Origin: a virus
Taxonomy: Duplodnaviria; Caudoviricetes
Length of the DNA stretch: 64,000 nucleotides
Direction: 5' to 3' (one strand)
Virus record (IMG/VR): IMGVR_UViG_3300042914_002678
A program made the position numbers and the translations under genes. The notes beneath the pieces are model-generated. The model saw only the letters and a list, made by a program, of their open reading frames with translations. It had not been told where the DNA came from and did no database searches. Each line of letters starts with the position of its first letter. The stretch's first letter is position 1. This document shows positions 28,657-38,191 of this stretch, piece after piece.

Positions 28657-29106
28657 ATGGAACTCGACGGAATTACCTACAAACAATCAAAAACTTATCC
28701 AGACATTTATGTAAGTGCTTGTGGTAAAATTCTAAATGTAAAACCTATTGGGAGAGTTGATAAAAGAGATGGATATGTTGTAGTTCGTGAAAAACGACTT
28801 CATCAACTTGTGGTAGAATGTTGGGGAGAACCAAGACCAAAAGGTAAAGATTGGTGTATAGACCATATTGATGAGAACAAAACCAATAATAAAGTTGAAA
28901 ATTTGAGATGGTTGCCTCGTTCAGAAAACACAAGAAGGTCTCATTTAGGAAGACCAGAACCAAAAAAAGGAAGACCTCAAATGGAGGATGAAGTAAAACA
29001 AGAAATAAAAAATCTTTCGGAGCAAGGGTTGTCTCAGAGAAAGATTGCTGATATTATGGGTAAAAACCAACGAAGTATTTGGAATGTATTGAATGGAGTT
29101 TATTGA
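28657..29106 (+). mobile_element. Free-standing HNH homing endonuclease (NUMOD4-like N-terminus, HTH C-terminus)
   Basis: LHQLVVECW, IDHIDENKTNNKVENLRW; TATAAATA 28628-28635. Confidence 0.88.
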
Positions 29107-30050
29107 TGAGTGACAATTTTTTGTGGGTGGAAAAGTGGAGACCAAAAAAGGTAGAGGATTGTATTCTTCCCGAGGACACTAAAAAAACCTTTTTGGATTT
29201 TATTGAAAAGGGAGAAATTCCTAACCTTCTTCTTTCTGGTCCTCCTGGTATTGGAAAAACTACGATTGCGAAAGCATTATGCGAACAACTTGGAGCAGAT
29301 TACTATGTCATCAACGGATCCGACGAAGGGCGTTTCTTGGATACTGTCAGGAACCAAGCAAAGAACTTTGCTTCGACCGTATCACTTCAAGGAAATGGTA
29401 GGCACAAGGTCATTATTGTGGATGAGAGTGACAACACAACCTCAGATGTTCAACTCTTACTACGGGCAAATATTGAGGCATTTTATAGCAACTGCCGATT
29501 CATCTTCACCTGCAACTACAAGAACAAAATTATTGAACCTCTCCATTCCCGATGTGCAGTCATTGACTTCACAATCAAGGGAAAGCAAAAGCAACAACTT
29601 GCAGGATCGTTCTTCAAAAGAGTTCTCCAAATCTTGGATCATGAGAAAATTGAGTACGATGAAAAGGTTGTTGTTGAACTGATATCCAAGCATTTTCCTG
29701 ATTTTAGGCGAGTTCTCAATGAATGCCAAAGGTACTCTACTGGAGGAAAAATTGATTCTGGCATTCTTGCATCTTTCTCCGACATTTCTGTAAATGAACT
29801 CATTAAAAATCTCAAAGACAAAAACTTTTCAGAAGTCCGAAAGTGGGTGGTCTCCAACTTGGACAACGATGCTTCTAGTCTTCTTCGCAGGGTTTATGAC
29901 GCCCTTTATGATTGCCTACTTCCCCAATCTATCCCTGCTGCCGTTCTTGTTATTGCTAAGTATCAATACCAATGTGCGTTCGTGGCTGACCAAGAAATTA
30001 ATCTCTTAGCAGCATTAGTTGAAATTATGGTGGAGTGTGAATTCAAATGA
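29106..30050 (+). CDS. gp44: Clamp loader large subunit
   Basis: LWVEKWRP, GPPGIGKTT, IIVDESD, PLHSRC, FPDFRR. Confidence 0.97.
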   Translation: MSDNFLWVEKWRPKKVEDCILPEDTKKTFLDFIEKGEIPNLLLSGPPGIGKTTIAKALCEQLGADYYVINGSDEGRFLDTVRNQAKNFASTVSLQGNGRHKVIIVDESDNTTSDVQLLLRANIEAFYSNCRFIFTCNYKNKIIEPLHSRCAVIDFTIKGKQKQQLAGSFFKRVLQILDHEKIEYDEKVVVELISKHFPDFRRVLNECQRYSTGGKIDSGILASFSDISVNELIKNLKDKNFSEVRKWVVSNLDNDASSLLRRVYDALYDCLLPQSIPAAVLVIAKYQYQCAFVADQEINLLAALVEIMVECEFK

Positions 30051-30232
30051 AAGTTCCAAGCAAATCCGAATTGATGCATTATCGGATTCAGGCAGTTATG
30101 CGTGAAAACATTTTTGAAGAAGATCAAATGAAATATCTTGGTCTTCGTGATGATGGTAAACATTGGTATCTTGTTGCTGGAGAGCATGAAGTATCTGTGG
30201 ATCAATTTGAAGAAATTGAATTAGTTGAGTAA
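30047..30232 (+). CDS. Hypothetical protein
   Basis: ATGA-coupled ORF. Confidence 0.6.
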   Translation: MKVPSKSELMHYRIQAVMRENIFEEDQMKYLGLRDDGKHWYLVAGEHEVSVDQFEEIELVE

Positions 30233-30237
30233 CTAGA

Positions 30238-30444
30238 ATGAACCCATATAAAGTTAATAAGGCATCCTTATATGAAGTGCCAGTAAAAACAACTCCTCAA
30301 AATGTAAAAGAGGCAAATGAAGCACTCTTTTATTCCAAAATGAATCTTCCTGCCGCCGCAAAGCATTGTGGTATGACACAGAAGGAAATGAAACTTACAT
30401 TCTTTGAATACCTAAAGTATAACAAACCTGATTATGAGTATTGA
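30238..30444 (+). CDS. Hypothetical protein (possible HTH)
   Basis: MNLPAAAKHCGMTQKEMK. Confidence 0.6.
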   Translation: MNPYKVNKASLYEVPVKTTPQNVKEANEALFYSKMNLPAAAKHCGMTQKEMKLTFFEYLKYNKPDYEY

Positions 30445-30991
30445 TTTTTCTCGCGTTAATTTTGAACAATTTTTTGGATGGGTGAACGCATCTAATACGA
30501 AACAAATGAAAAGTTCTTCTTTTAGGGGACTTCGAGCACATTATACTGAAAAGTCTTTTTGTAAGTGGTCAGATGATCAATTGAAACATGTGGGACTTTT
30601 TGATAACGGTAGAGATTTTGTCATAAAAGAAACGAACGAATTTGTTGAAATGAAAAGTCAACTTGGAATGTTTAAAACAAAGAAAGGATACCAGGGTGAC
30701 TGTAAGTCATTCGTGTTGAAAAATTTTCATCCTTCTAACAAAGACAGAAAAAACTGGAAAAAACAAGATTTAATTAAAACATTTGATTATTTGCTTTTAG
30801 TCGATACAAAATCTATGTCTGTGGGTTATACTACATGGGATAAAGTTTACGAATGTGTTGATGAGACTGCAAATGATCCTAAATGTGTATTGAAGAAAGG
30901 TGATTATACTATGATTGTTGATAACGTTACTCCTGCCGAAAAAGATTGTGACGTTGATAGTATGTTTTCTTTGATTGAGGAGCACCTTTGA
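30434..30991 (+). CDS. Hypothetical protein, possible PD-(D/E)xK nuclease
   Basis: GRDF...VEMKS motif; directly upstream of dam. Confidence 0.5.
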   Translation: MSIDFSRVNFEQFFGWVNASNTKQMKSSSFRGLRAHYTEKSFCKWSDDQLKHVGLFDNGRDFVIKETNEFVEMKSQLGMFKTKKGYQGDCKSFVLKNFHPSNKDRKNWKKQDLIKTFDYLLLVDTKSMSVGYTTWDKVYECVDETANDPKCVLKKGDYTMIVDNVTPAEKDCDVDSMFSLIEEHL

Positions 30992-31863
30992 TGAAATCTT
31001 TGAAAACACCCCTCAGGTATCCAGGCGGAAAGTCCCGTGCTTGTGAAAAGATGGGACCTTACTTCCCAGACCTTCGCAACTATGATGAGTTCCGAGAACC
31101 ATTTCTTGGTGGTGGAAGTGTTGCGATTTATATCACAAAGAAGTATCCTAACCTAGATATTTGGGTAAATGATCTTTATGAACCTCTTGTAAACTTCTGG
31201 CAACAACTCCAGATGTTTGGTGTTGATTTAAAAGATAATCTAGTAGATCTTAAGACGACAAACAATACTCCAGTCCTGGCGAAAGAACTTTTTCTTAAAG
31301 CAAAGGAGCAAATTAATGACAAAGATTTGCCAAGCATTGATCGTGCTGTGGCTTTCTATATTGTCAATAAGTGCAGTTTCTCTGGTCTCACAGAGAGTTC
31401 GTCATTTTCAGAACAGGCATCTAATTCCAACTTCTCTATGCGAGGGATCGAGAAACTTCCTGCGTATTCTACGCTGATTGCAAACTGGCGTATAACTAAT
31501 TACTCCTACGATTATCTGATGGATGGAAACAAAGGTGCTTTTATGTATCTCGATCCTCCTTATGACATTAAGGATAATCTCTATGGGAACAAGGGATCAA
31601 TGCACAAAGGATTTGATCACGATAAGTTTGCTGCTGACTGCGATGCTAACGATATGGACCAGTTGGTAAGTTATAATTCCGATCAACTTGTAAAAGATAG
31701 GTTTAAAAACTGGAACGCTGCTGAGTTTGATCTTACTTATACGATGCGTTCGGTTGGTGAATATATGCGTGAGCAAAAACAACGTAAAGAACTCTTGCTT
31801 TTTAATTATGGAATTGAAGGACTGGTTAAATTCGATCAATCAAACGAAGACTCATCTGATTGA
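30988..31863 (+). CDS. dam: DNA adenine methyltransferase (Dam/D12 class)
   Basis: RYPGGKS, EPFLGGG, YLDPPY. Confidence 0.93.
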   Translation: MMKSLKTPLRYPGGKSRACEKMGPYFPDLRNYDEFREPFLGGGSVAIYITKKYPNLDIWVNDLYEPLVNFWQQLQMFGVDLKDNLVDLKTTNNTPVLAKELFLKAKEQINDKDLPSIDRAVAFYIVNKCSFSGLTESSSFSEQASNSNFSMRGIEKLPAYSTLIANWRITNYSYDYLMDGNKGAFMYLDPPYDIKDNLYGNKGSMHKGFDHDKFAADCDANDMDQLVSYNSDQLVKDRFKNWNAAEFDLTYTMRSVGEYMREQKQRKELLLFNYGIEGLVKFDQSNEDSSD

Positions 31864-32188
31864 TGAAGATCCTTCACTTGAGAAGGAATATGCACCATAT
31901 ATTATCAATCGTTGCCTCTCTGGGCACATTGATTGTATTATGTTTGCCAATGAAATGAATCGATATCATTTCCTCCCAAAAAAGATGCAATATGACTTTT
32001 TTATAAATAGTCTGAGGAAAAAGAAGAGATTTTCTCCCTGGCTCCGACAAGATAAAATCAAAGACCTTGATTATGTTAAACGTTACTATGGTTATAGTAA
32101 TGAGAAGGCAAAGCAAGCTTTGAGGATTCTAACAAAAGAACAACTTACTTTTATAAAATCGAAATTTGAAACTGGAGGAACAAAATGA
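31808..32188 (+). CDS. gp62: Clamp loader small subunit
   Basis: MELKDWLNSIN, YIINRCLS, RKKKRFSPW; overlaps the dam 3' end. Confidence 0.93.
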   Translation: MELKDWLNSINQTKTHLIDEDPSLEKEYAPYIINRCLSGHIDCIMFANEMNRYHFLPKKMQYDFFINSLRKKKRFSPWLRQDKIKDLDYVKRYYGYSNEKAKQALRILTKEQLTFIKSKFETGGTK

Positions 32189-32625
32189 GTGTCGTTCAAG
32201 AACCTGAAGTGAAGTGGACGCCCGATCAAATGGTTGAAGTGGTTCTTAATGAACCAGACGACTTTTTGAAGGTACGCGAAACTTTGACTCGTATCGGAGT
32301 CGCATCACGAAAGGAAAAGAAAATCTATCAGTCTTGCCATATTCTTCACAAGCAAGGTAGATATTATCTCGTTCACTTTAAGGAACTGTTTGCTCTTGAT
32401 GGCAAACATGCAAACCTGACTGTGAACGATGTGCAACGTCGTAATCGTATTGCCCAACTTCTTGCAGATTGGGGTTTGATTGCAATTGTTGACTTAACTA
32501 AGATTCAAGATATTGCTCCATTGAACCAAATTAAAGTTCTTGCCTATAAGGATAAAGGAGAATGGATTTTAGAAACCAAGTATAATATTGGATCTAAAAA
32601 GAAAAAGGTAGAGGATGCCGAATGA
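32185..32625 (+). CDS. regA: Translational repressor RegA
   Basis: DDFLKVRETLTRIG, CHILHKQGRYYLVHFKELF. Confidence 0.97.
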   Translation: MSVVQEPEVKWTPDQMVEVVLNEPDDFLKVRETLTRIGVASRKEKKIYQSCHILHKQGRYYLVHFKELFALDGKHANLTVNDVQRRNRIAQLLADWGLIAIVDLTKIQDIAPLNQIKVLAYKDKGEWILETKYNIGSKKKKVEDAE

Positions 32626-32655
32626 AAAAGAGCGGGTTTTACACCCGCCTTTTTT
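32626..32655 (+). terminator. Terminator after regA
   Basis: gcgggt-tttac-acccgc plus a T-run. Confidence 0.8.
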
Positions 32656-32732
32656 GTAAGAGGTATTATAATTATATACGGATGCCGAAAGGGTCCACAA
32701 AACACAACCTCGCTTTTAAAGGAGCTACCATA

Positions 32733-33173
32733 ATGACTAACCTTGCAACATCACGGTTTACTGCGTCCGATCTTCCTGCTTTGATGGAAAGAATCACTCG
32801 CAATAGTATTGGAATGGATGAATACTTTGATCGTATTTTCCATCTGCATGAAACTACCACCAATTACCCCCCTTACAATCTAGTTCAAGTTAGTAACGTA
32901 GAATCACGTCTTGAACTTGCTCTTGCTGGATTTAAGAAGAAAGAAGTTTATGTCTACACACAAGACGGAAAACTTTTTGTGGAGGGTCAAAAAGAAGATA
33001 AAGAAACGGAGTCCAACTATATCCATAAGGGTTTGGCTCAACGGAGTTTTAAGAGAGCATGGACACTCTCTGATGATACGGAAGTACGATCAGTTGATTT
33101 TGAGGATGGGCTTTTGACTGTTACTCTTGGTAGAATTGTTCCAGATCATCATAAGCGTAAAGATTACCTATAA
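32733..33173 (+). CDS. hsp20: Small heat-shock protein
   Basis: NYPPYN, LALAGF, YIHKGLAQRSFKRAW, FEDGLL; GGAG RBS before ATG 32733. Confidence 0.95.
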   Translation: MTNLATSRFTASDLPALMERITRNSIGMDEYFDRIFHLHETTTNYPPYNLVQVSNVESRLELALAGFKKKEVYVYTQDGKLFVEGQKEDKETESNYIHKGLAQRSFKRAWTLSDDTEVRSVDFEDGLLTVTLGRIVPDHHKRKDYL

Positions 33174-33266
33174 ATAATAATACCTGATTTGACCGCAATC
33201 TGTCAGGAGGAGGGTGAAAATCCCTCCTTTTTATTATAAATACATATGCGGTCAAATTGGAGTAGA

Positions 33267-33881
33267 ATGAATTACCTAAAGGTTTATTGTAACCTTATCA
33301 GGAAAGCAGAAAATAGAACTCCTCCTGAAGGTTATGTTGAAAAGCATCACATATTTCCTAAAAGTATTTTTGGTAAAAATGATAGAGTTGTAATTCTCAC
33401 AGGGAGAGAACATTACATCGCTCACCTTCTTCTTCAAAAAATATGTGAGAAAAGATACGGAATAAGACATAGAAGCACGCAGAAGATGTTGTGTGCCCAT
33501 ATCAATATGAAATCAAAAGGAAGATATTGTAATTCATATTTGTATGAAAACGCAAGGGTAAAGAGAAGTGAAAGTATGAGAGGAGAACTTCACTGGAACT
33601 GGAAAGGTGGTGCTGTTAGGAAGTATAATTGTAAAAATAATAAAAAGTATAATAAAATAAACTATTACAATAAAAAAGAAAAATTTAATATAAATGATAA
33701 TTATAAAAGATATGAATATGAGTTAAAACATTCTTCTGGATTAATTGTTATGACTAAAAGTATGAGAAAGACCTGTGAAGAGTATGGATTAGATCATAGA
33801 ACTATGAATAAAATTATAAAGGGACAAAGAAAATCTCATAAAGGTTGGACTTGTAAAGAGGTGAAAGAATTGTCTATATAG
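33267..33881 (+). mobile_element. Free-standing HNH homing endonuclease
   Basis: YVEKHHIFPKS, LTGREHYIAHLLL, C-terminal KSHKGW repeat motif; late promoter 33235-33242. Confidence 0.85.
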
Positions 33882-33923
33882 TCTGTATCGTCGGCGCATG
33901 AGGAGCACCTGGCAAAATCCAGG

Positions 33924-33952
33924 TTGACTCCTCCTTTTTTTCTTGCTATAAT
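33924..33952 (+). promoter_or_regulatory. Sigma70-type promoter of the polymerase operon
   Basis: TTGACT-N17-TATAAT. Confidence 0.8.
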
Positions 33953-33975
33953 AGTCTGAAGAGATCAATGAAAAA

Positions 33976-34308
33976 ATGACAATTAAACTGGCGTTATTAA
34001 AATCTGGAGAAACACTAATTTCGGAAATAAAGGAACTTGTATCGGAAGATTCGGAAGGTTCTGGTAATAATCAAGTTTATGGATATATTTTCACAAATCC
34101 CGAGAAAGTTATCACACAAACTCCAATATTAGTATCTGAAAATACTAAGGAAGATCAATCTTCCGTTCAAGTATCTCTTTCTCCTTGGATTATCCTATCA
34201 AAGGATAAAGATATATTAGTTTCTAAAAATTGGGTAATTACATTTGTAGAACCAATAGAATCATTAAAAGTCATGTATGAGGAAAAAGTAAATGGAAGCA
34301 ACAATTAA
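33976..34308 (+). CDS. Conserved cyanophage hypothetical protein
   Basis: KLALLKSGETLISEIKE...LSPWI; conserved upstream of gp43. Confidence 0.75.
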   Translation: MTIKLALLKSGETLISEIKELVSEDSEGSGNNQVYGYIFTNPEKVITQTPILVSENTKEDQSSVQVSLSPWIILSKDKDILVSKNWVITFVEPIESLKVMYEEKVNGSNN

Positions 34309-34561
34309 ATGTATTGTATTTCGTAATGATACAGTAGTAATAACACAAATTGAAGAAATTGATGTTGAGCTTGGAGAACCTAACTGCAAATTAATTAAAC
34401 CTTGTAAAATAACTAAAGAAATTACTGGTGAATGTTATTTAACTAGTTGGTTGTCTGATTATACAACTCAAGATACTTTTATGATTCATTCTGATAGTAT
34501 TCTAACTATTACTAGTCCAAATTCCAATCTTATTAAAAAATATATTGATATCATTTCCTGA
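34292..34561 (+). CDS. Conserved cyanophage hypothetical protein
   Basis: IEEIDVELGEPNCKLIKP...W. Confidence 0.7.
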   Translation: MEATIKCIVFRNDTVVITQIEEIDVELGEPNCKLIKPCKITKEITGECYLTSWLSDYTTQDTFMIHSDSILTITSPNSNLIKKYIDIIS

Positions 34562-37062
34562 TGCGATTTTATACTAACGTTCAAATGGTCGGGGATCACT
34601 TCTTGGTCCGTGGTTATGAAGGTGGAAAACACTTTATGACCCGCGAGAAGTTTAACCCGACTCTTTTTGTCCCTGCCAATAAAAAAACAAAATATCAAAC
34701 TTTAAATGGTGAATATGTAGAATCAGTTCAACCTGGATCTGTTCGTGACTGTAGGGAGTTCGTTAAAAAGTATGAGAATGTAGAAAACTTCAAAATCTTC
34801 GGAAATACACAATACATTTATCAGTATATTTCTGACATTTATCCAGAAGAGGAACTGAAGTTTGATATCAGTAAGATTAAAGTAACAACAATTGATATTG
34901 AGGTTGCTTCTGAAAATGGATTCCCTGATGTAGAATCTGCTGCTGAAGAAGTTCTTTTGATTACCGTTCAAGATTATTCTTCAAAACAAATTCACACTTG
35001 GGGGAAGGGTCCCTTTCAAAACAAACAGAAGAATGTAAACTATCATTCATTCTCAAGTGAGTATGATCTCTTAACCGATTTCATTAATTGGTGGATGATT
35101 GAATCGAATACACCTGAAGTTGTGACTGGTTGGAATAGTAAACTATATGATATTCCTTATCTTGTTCGTAGAATTGATAGAGTTCTTGGTGAAAAGTTAA
35201 TGAAACGAATTTCTCCTTGGGGACTTGTAACTGAAACTGAAACTTATATCTCTGGACGTAGGCATCTTTGTTATGATATTGGAGGAATTTCACAGTTAGA
35301 CTATCTTGATCTTTATAAGAAATTTACTTATAAGGCACAGGAATCTTATCGTCTGGATTATATTGCAGAAGTTGAACTTAAGCAAAAGAAATTAGATCAC
35401 TCCGAGTTTGATACGTTCAAAGACTTCTACACTAAAGGTTGGCAAAAGTTTGTAGAATACAACATCAAGGACGTGGAACTTGTTGACCGTTTGGAAGACA
35501 AGATGAAACTGATTGAACTTGCGCTTACCATGGCATATGACGCCAAGGCAAACTATGAGGATGTATTTTCTCAAGTTCGCATGTGGGATACAATCATTTA
35601 CAACTATCTGAAGAAAAGGAATATTGTTATTCCTCCTAAAGAGCGTTCTGATAAAGACACCAAGTATGAAGGTGCTTATGTAAAAGAACCAATTCCTGGA
35701 ATGTATGATTGGGTAGTGAGTTTTGACCTTAACTCACTATATCCACACTTGATTATGCAATACAACATTAGTCCTGAAACTTTGGTTGAAGAAAAACATC
35801 CATCAGTTAATGTGGATAAAATCCTCAATCAAACTATCAATTTTGAGATGTACAAGGATTATGCCGTATGTGCCAACGGTGCGATGTATCGTAAGGATGT
35901 TCGTGGATTTCTTCCAGAATTGATGGAAAAGATCTATAATGAACGTGTAATTTTTAAAAAGAAAATGCTTGCGGCAGAGCAAGAATACGAAAAGACCAAG
36001 AACAAGGAGTTAGTTAAGGAGATTGCTCGTTGCAATAACATTCAGATGGCACGAAAGATTCAATTGAACTCTGCCTATGGTGCTATTGGTAATCAGTATT
36101 TTCGTTATTTTAAGCTTGCAAATGCCGAAGCAATTACTTTGTCTGGTCAAGTTTCAATTAACTGGATCATGAATAAGGTAAATGCTTATCTAAACAAAAT
36201 TCTTAAGAGTACAGATGTTGATTACGTTATTGCTTCGGATACTGATTCTCTTTACGTTAATATGGGTCCTTTGGTTGAGAGTGTATACAAAGGAAGAAAG
36301 AAAACTACTCAAAGCGTTGTTTCGTTCCTTGATAAGGTCTGTCAAGTGGAATTTGAAAAGTATATTGAAAGTTCTTACCAAGAATTGGCGGAATACGTAA
36401 ATGCTTATGAGCAGAAAATGATCATGAAGCGGGAATGTATCGCTGAACGTGGAATCTGGACTGCAAAGAAACGATATATTTTGAGTGTTTGGGATAGTGA
36501 AGGTGTTCGTTATGAAGAATCCAAACTCAAGATCAAAGGGATTGAAGCAATTAAATCTTCTACACCTGCCCCTTGTCGTAAGATGTTGAAAGAATCTTTT
36601 AATATCTTAATGAGTGGTACTGAAGATGATATGATTAAGTTTATTGATCAGTGTCGTGAGGAGTTTAAATCCCTTCCCCCAGAACAAATTGCATTTCCTA
36701 GAACTGCATCTGATGTTCGTAAGTATCATTCTTCTTCCAATATTTACGCACCTAAAACTCCGATTCAAGTTCGTGGTGCATTACTGTTCAATCATTATAT
36801 AAAACAGAAAAATCTTACCAATAAGTATTCTCTGATTAATAATGGTGAAAAAGTTAAGTTTTTATTTTTGAAAAAACCAAATATTATTCGGGAAAATGTG
36901 ATCTCTTTTATTCAACAGTTTCCTACCGAACTTGGTCTTGACAAATATATTGACTATGAACTACAATTTGAGAAAGCATTCTTGGATCCACTTAAAACAA
37001 TTCTCAATATTATTGGGTGGAAAGAAGAAAAAACTGTAAACCTTGAATCATTTTTTTCTTAA
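34561..37062 (+). CDS. gp43: DNA polymerase, family B
   Basis: Exonuclease DIEV, SFDLNSLYP, KIQLNSAYG, ASDTDS, KKRY; no intein-sized insertion. Confidence 0.98.
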   Translation: MRFYTNVQMVGDHFLVRGYEGGKHFMTREKFNPTLFVPANKKTKYQTLNGEYVESVQPGSVRDCREFVKKYENVENFKIFGNTQYIYQYISDIYPEEELKFDISKIKVTTIDIEVASENGFPDVESAAEEVLLITVQDYSSKQIHTWGKGPFQNKQKNVNYHSFSSEYDLLTDFINWWMIESNTPEVVTGWNSKLYDIPYLVRRIDRVLGEKLMKRISPWGLVTETETYISGRRHLCYDIGGISQLDYLDLYKKFTYKAQESYRLDYIAEVELKQKKLDHSEFDTFKDFYTKGWQKFVEYNIKDVELVDRLEDKMKLIELALTMAYDAKANYEDVFSQVRMWDTIIYNYLKKRNIVIPPKERSDKDTKYEGAYVKEPIPGMYDWVVSFDLNSLYPHLIMQYNISPETLVEEKHPSVNVDKILNQTINFEMYKDYAVCANGAMYRKDVRGFLPELMEKIYNERVIFKKKMLAAEQEYEKTKNKELVKEIARCNNIQMARKIQLNSAYGAIGNQYFRYFKLANAEAITLSGQVSINWIMNKVNAYLNKILKSTDVDYVIASDTDSLYVNMGPLVESVYKGRKKTTQSVVSFLDKVCQVEFEKYIESSYQELAEYVNAYEQKMIMKRECIAERGIWTAKKRYILSVWDSEGVRYEESKLKIKGIEAIKSSTPAPCRKMLKESFNILMSGTEDDMIKFIDQCREEFKSLPPEQIAFPRTASDVRKYHSSSNIYAPKTPIQVRGALLFNHYIKQKNLTNKYSLINNGEKVKFLFLKKPNIIRENVISFIQQFPTELGLDKYIDYELQFEKAFLDPLKTILNIIGWKEEKTVNLESFFS

Positions 37063-37187
37063 TGAATTTGCCTATAAATGAAAAAGAGTTGGATGATATA
37101 ATTAAAATATTGGAAACTCGTAATCCACCACTTTATGCCAAGTTGTGGTCACATAAATTAAATAAATTAAAGGGGGAAAAAAATTAA
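37062..37187 (+). CDS. Small hypothetical protein (41 aa)
   Basis: Read by hand: MNLPINEKELDDIIKILETRNPPLYAKLWSHK...; TAATG overlaps on both sides. Confidence 0.6.
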   Translation: MNLPINEKELDDIIKILETRNPPLYAKLWSHKLNKLKGEKN

Positions 37188-38191
37188 TGGATTTTCTTAA
37201 AGATATCGTAAAAGAAATTGGTGGTGAGTATACACAACTTGCTTCCGACATTGATGAGACTGAAACTTATGTTGACACAGGTTCGTACATTTTTAATGCA
37301 CTGGTTTCAGGTAGCATATTTGGCGGTGTATCTGGCAACAAGATTACTGCTATTGCTGGAGAGTCTAGTACTGGAAAAACTTTCTTCAGCCTCGCCGTTG
37401 TTAAGAATTTTCTTGATACCAATCCCGATGGTTATTGCCTCTACTTTGATACTGAAGCTGCTATTACCAAATCTCTCTTAGAATCCCGTGGAATTGATAC
37501 TTCTCGTCTTGTGGTTGTTAATGTGGTTACTGTTGAAGAGTTTCGTGGAACTGCGCTCAAAGCAGTAGATATGTATATGAAAAAACCAGAAGCAGAACGA
37601 AAACCCTGCATTTTTGTGCTAGACTCTTTGGGAATGCTTTCAACGAGTAAGGAGATTAATGATGCTCTGAATGATAAAGAAGTTCGGGACATGACCAAAT
37701 CACAACTGATTAAAGGTGCATTCCGTATGCTTACCTTGAAACTTGGTCAAGCGAAAATTCCAATGATTGTAACCAATCACACTTATGATGTTATCGGTGC
37801 TTATGTTCCTACTAAGGAGATGGGGGGTGGTAGTGGTCTTAAGTATGCCGCTTCTACTATCATATATCTTAGTAAGAAAAAAGAAAAAGATGGAACTGAA
37901 GTTATTGGAAACATTATTAAGGCAAAGACTGCTAAGTCGCGTTTGAGCAAAGAAAACAAAGATGTAGAAGTTCGATTATTTTATGATGAACGAGGTCTTG
38001 ATCGATATTATGGATTACTTGAACTTGGTGAAATCGCAGGAATGTGGAAAAATGTCGCTGGTCGATATGAGATCAACGGCAAGAAAATTTATGGTAAAGA
38101 AATTTTAAAGAATCCTGATCAGTATTTTACCGAAGAAGTAATGCAGCAACTTGATGCTGCCGCTAAACTACAATTTTCTTATGGGACATAA
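37187..38191 (+). CDS. uvsX: RecA-like recombinase
   Basis: AGESSTGKT, YFDTE, VLDSLG, MGGGSG. Confidence 0.96.
   Translation: MDFLKDIVKEIGGEYTQLASDIDETETYVDTGSYIFNALVSGSIFGGVSGNKITAIAGESSTGKTFFSLAVVKNFLDTNPDGYCLYFDTEAAITKSLLESRGIDTSRLVVVNVVTVEEFRGTALKAVDMYMKKPEAERKPCIFVLDSLGMLSTSKEINDALNDKEVRDMTKSQLIKGAFRMLTLKLGQAKIPMIVTNHTYDVIGAYVPTKEMGGGSGLKYAASTIIYLSKKKEKDGTEVIGNIIKAKTAKSRLSKENKDVEVRLFYDERGLDRYYGLLELGEIAGMWKNVAGRYEINGKKIYGKEILKNPDQYFTEEVMQQLDAAAKLQFSYGT

Noticed and set aside
32622-32732. Track-predicted N-terminal extension of hsp20
   Set aside because: It spans a terminator and promoter; a GGAG RBS supports ATG 32733.
33246-33266. Upstream ATG of the HNH gene
   Set aside because: It lies in the regulatory stem; the GGAG spacing favours ATG 33267.
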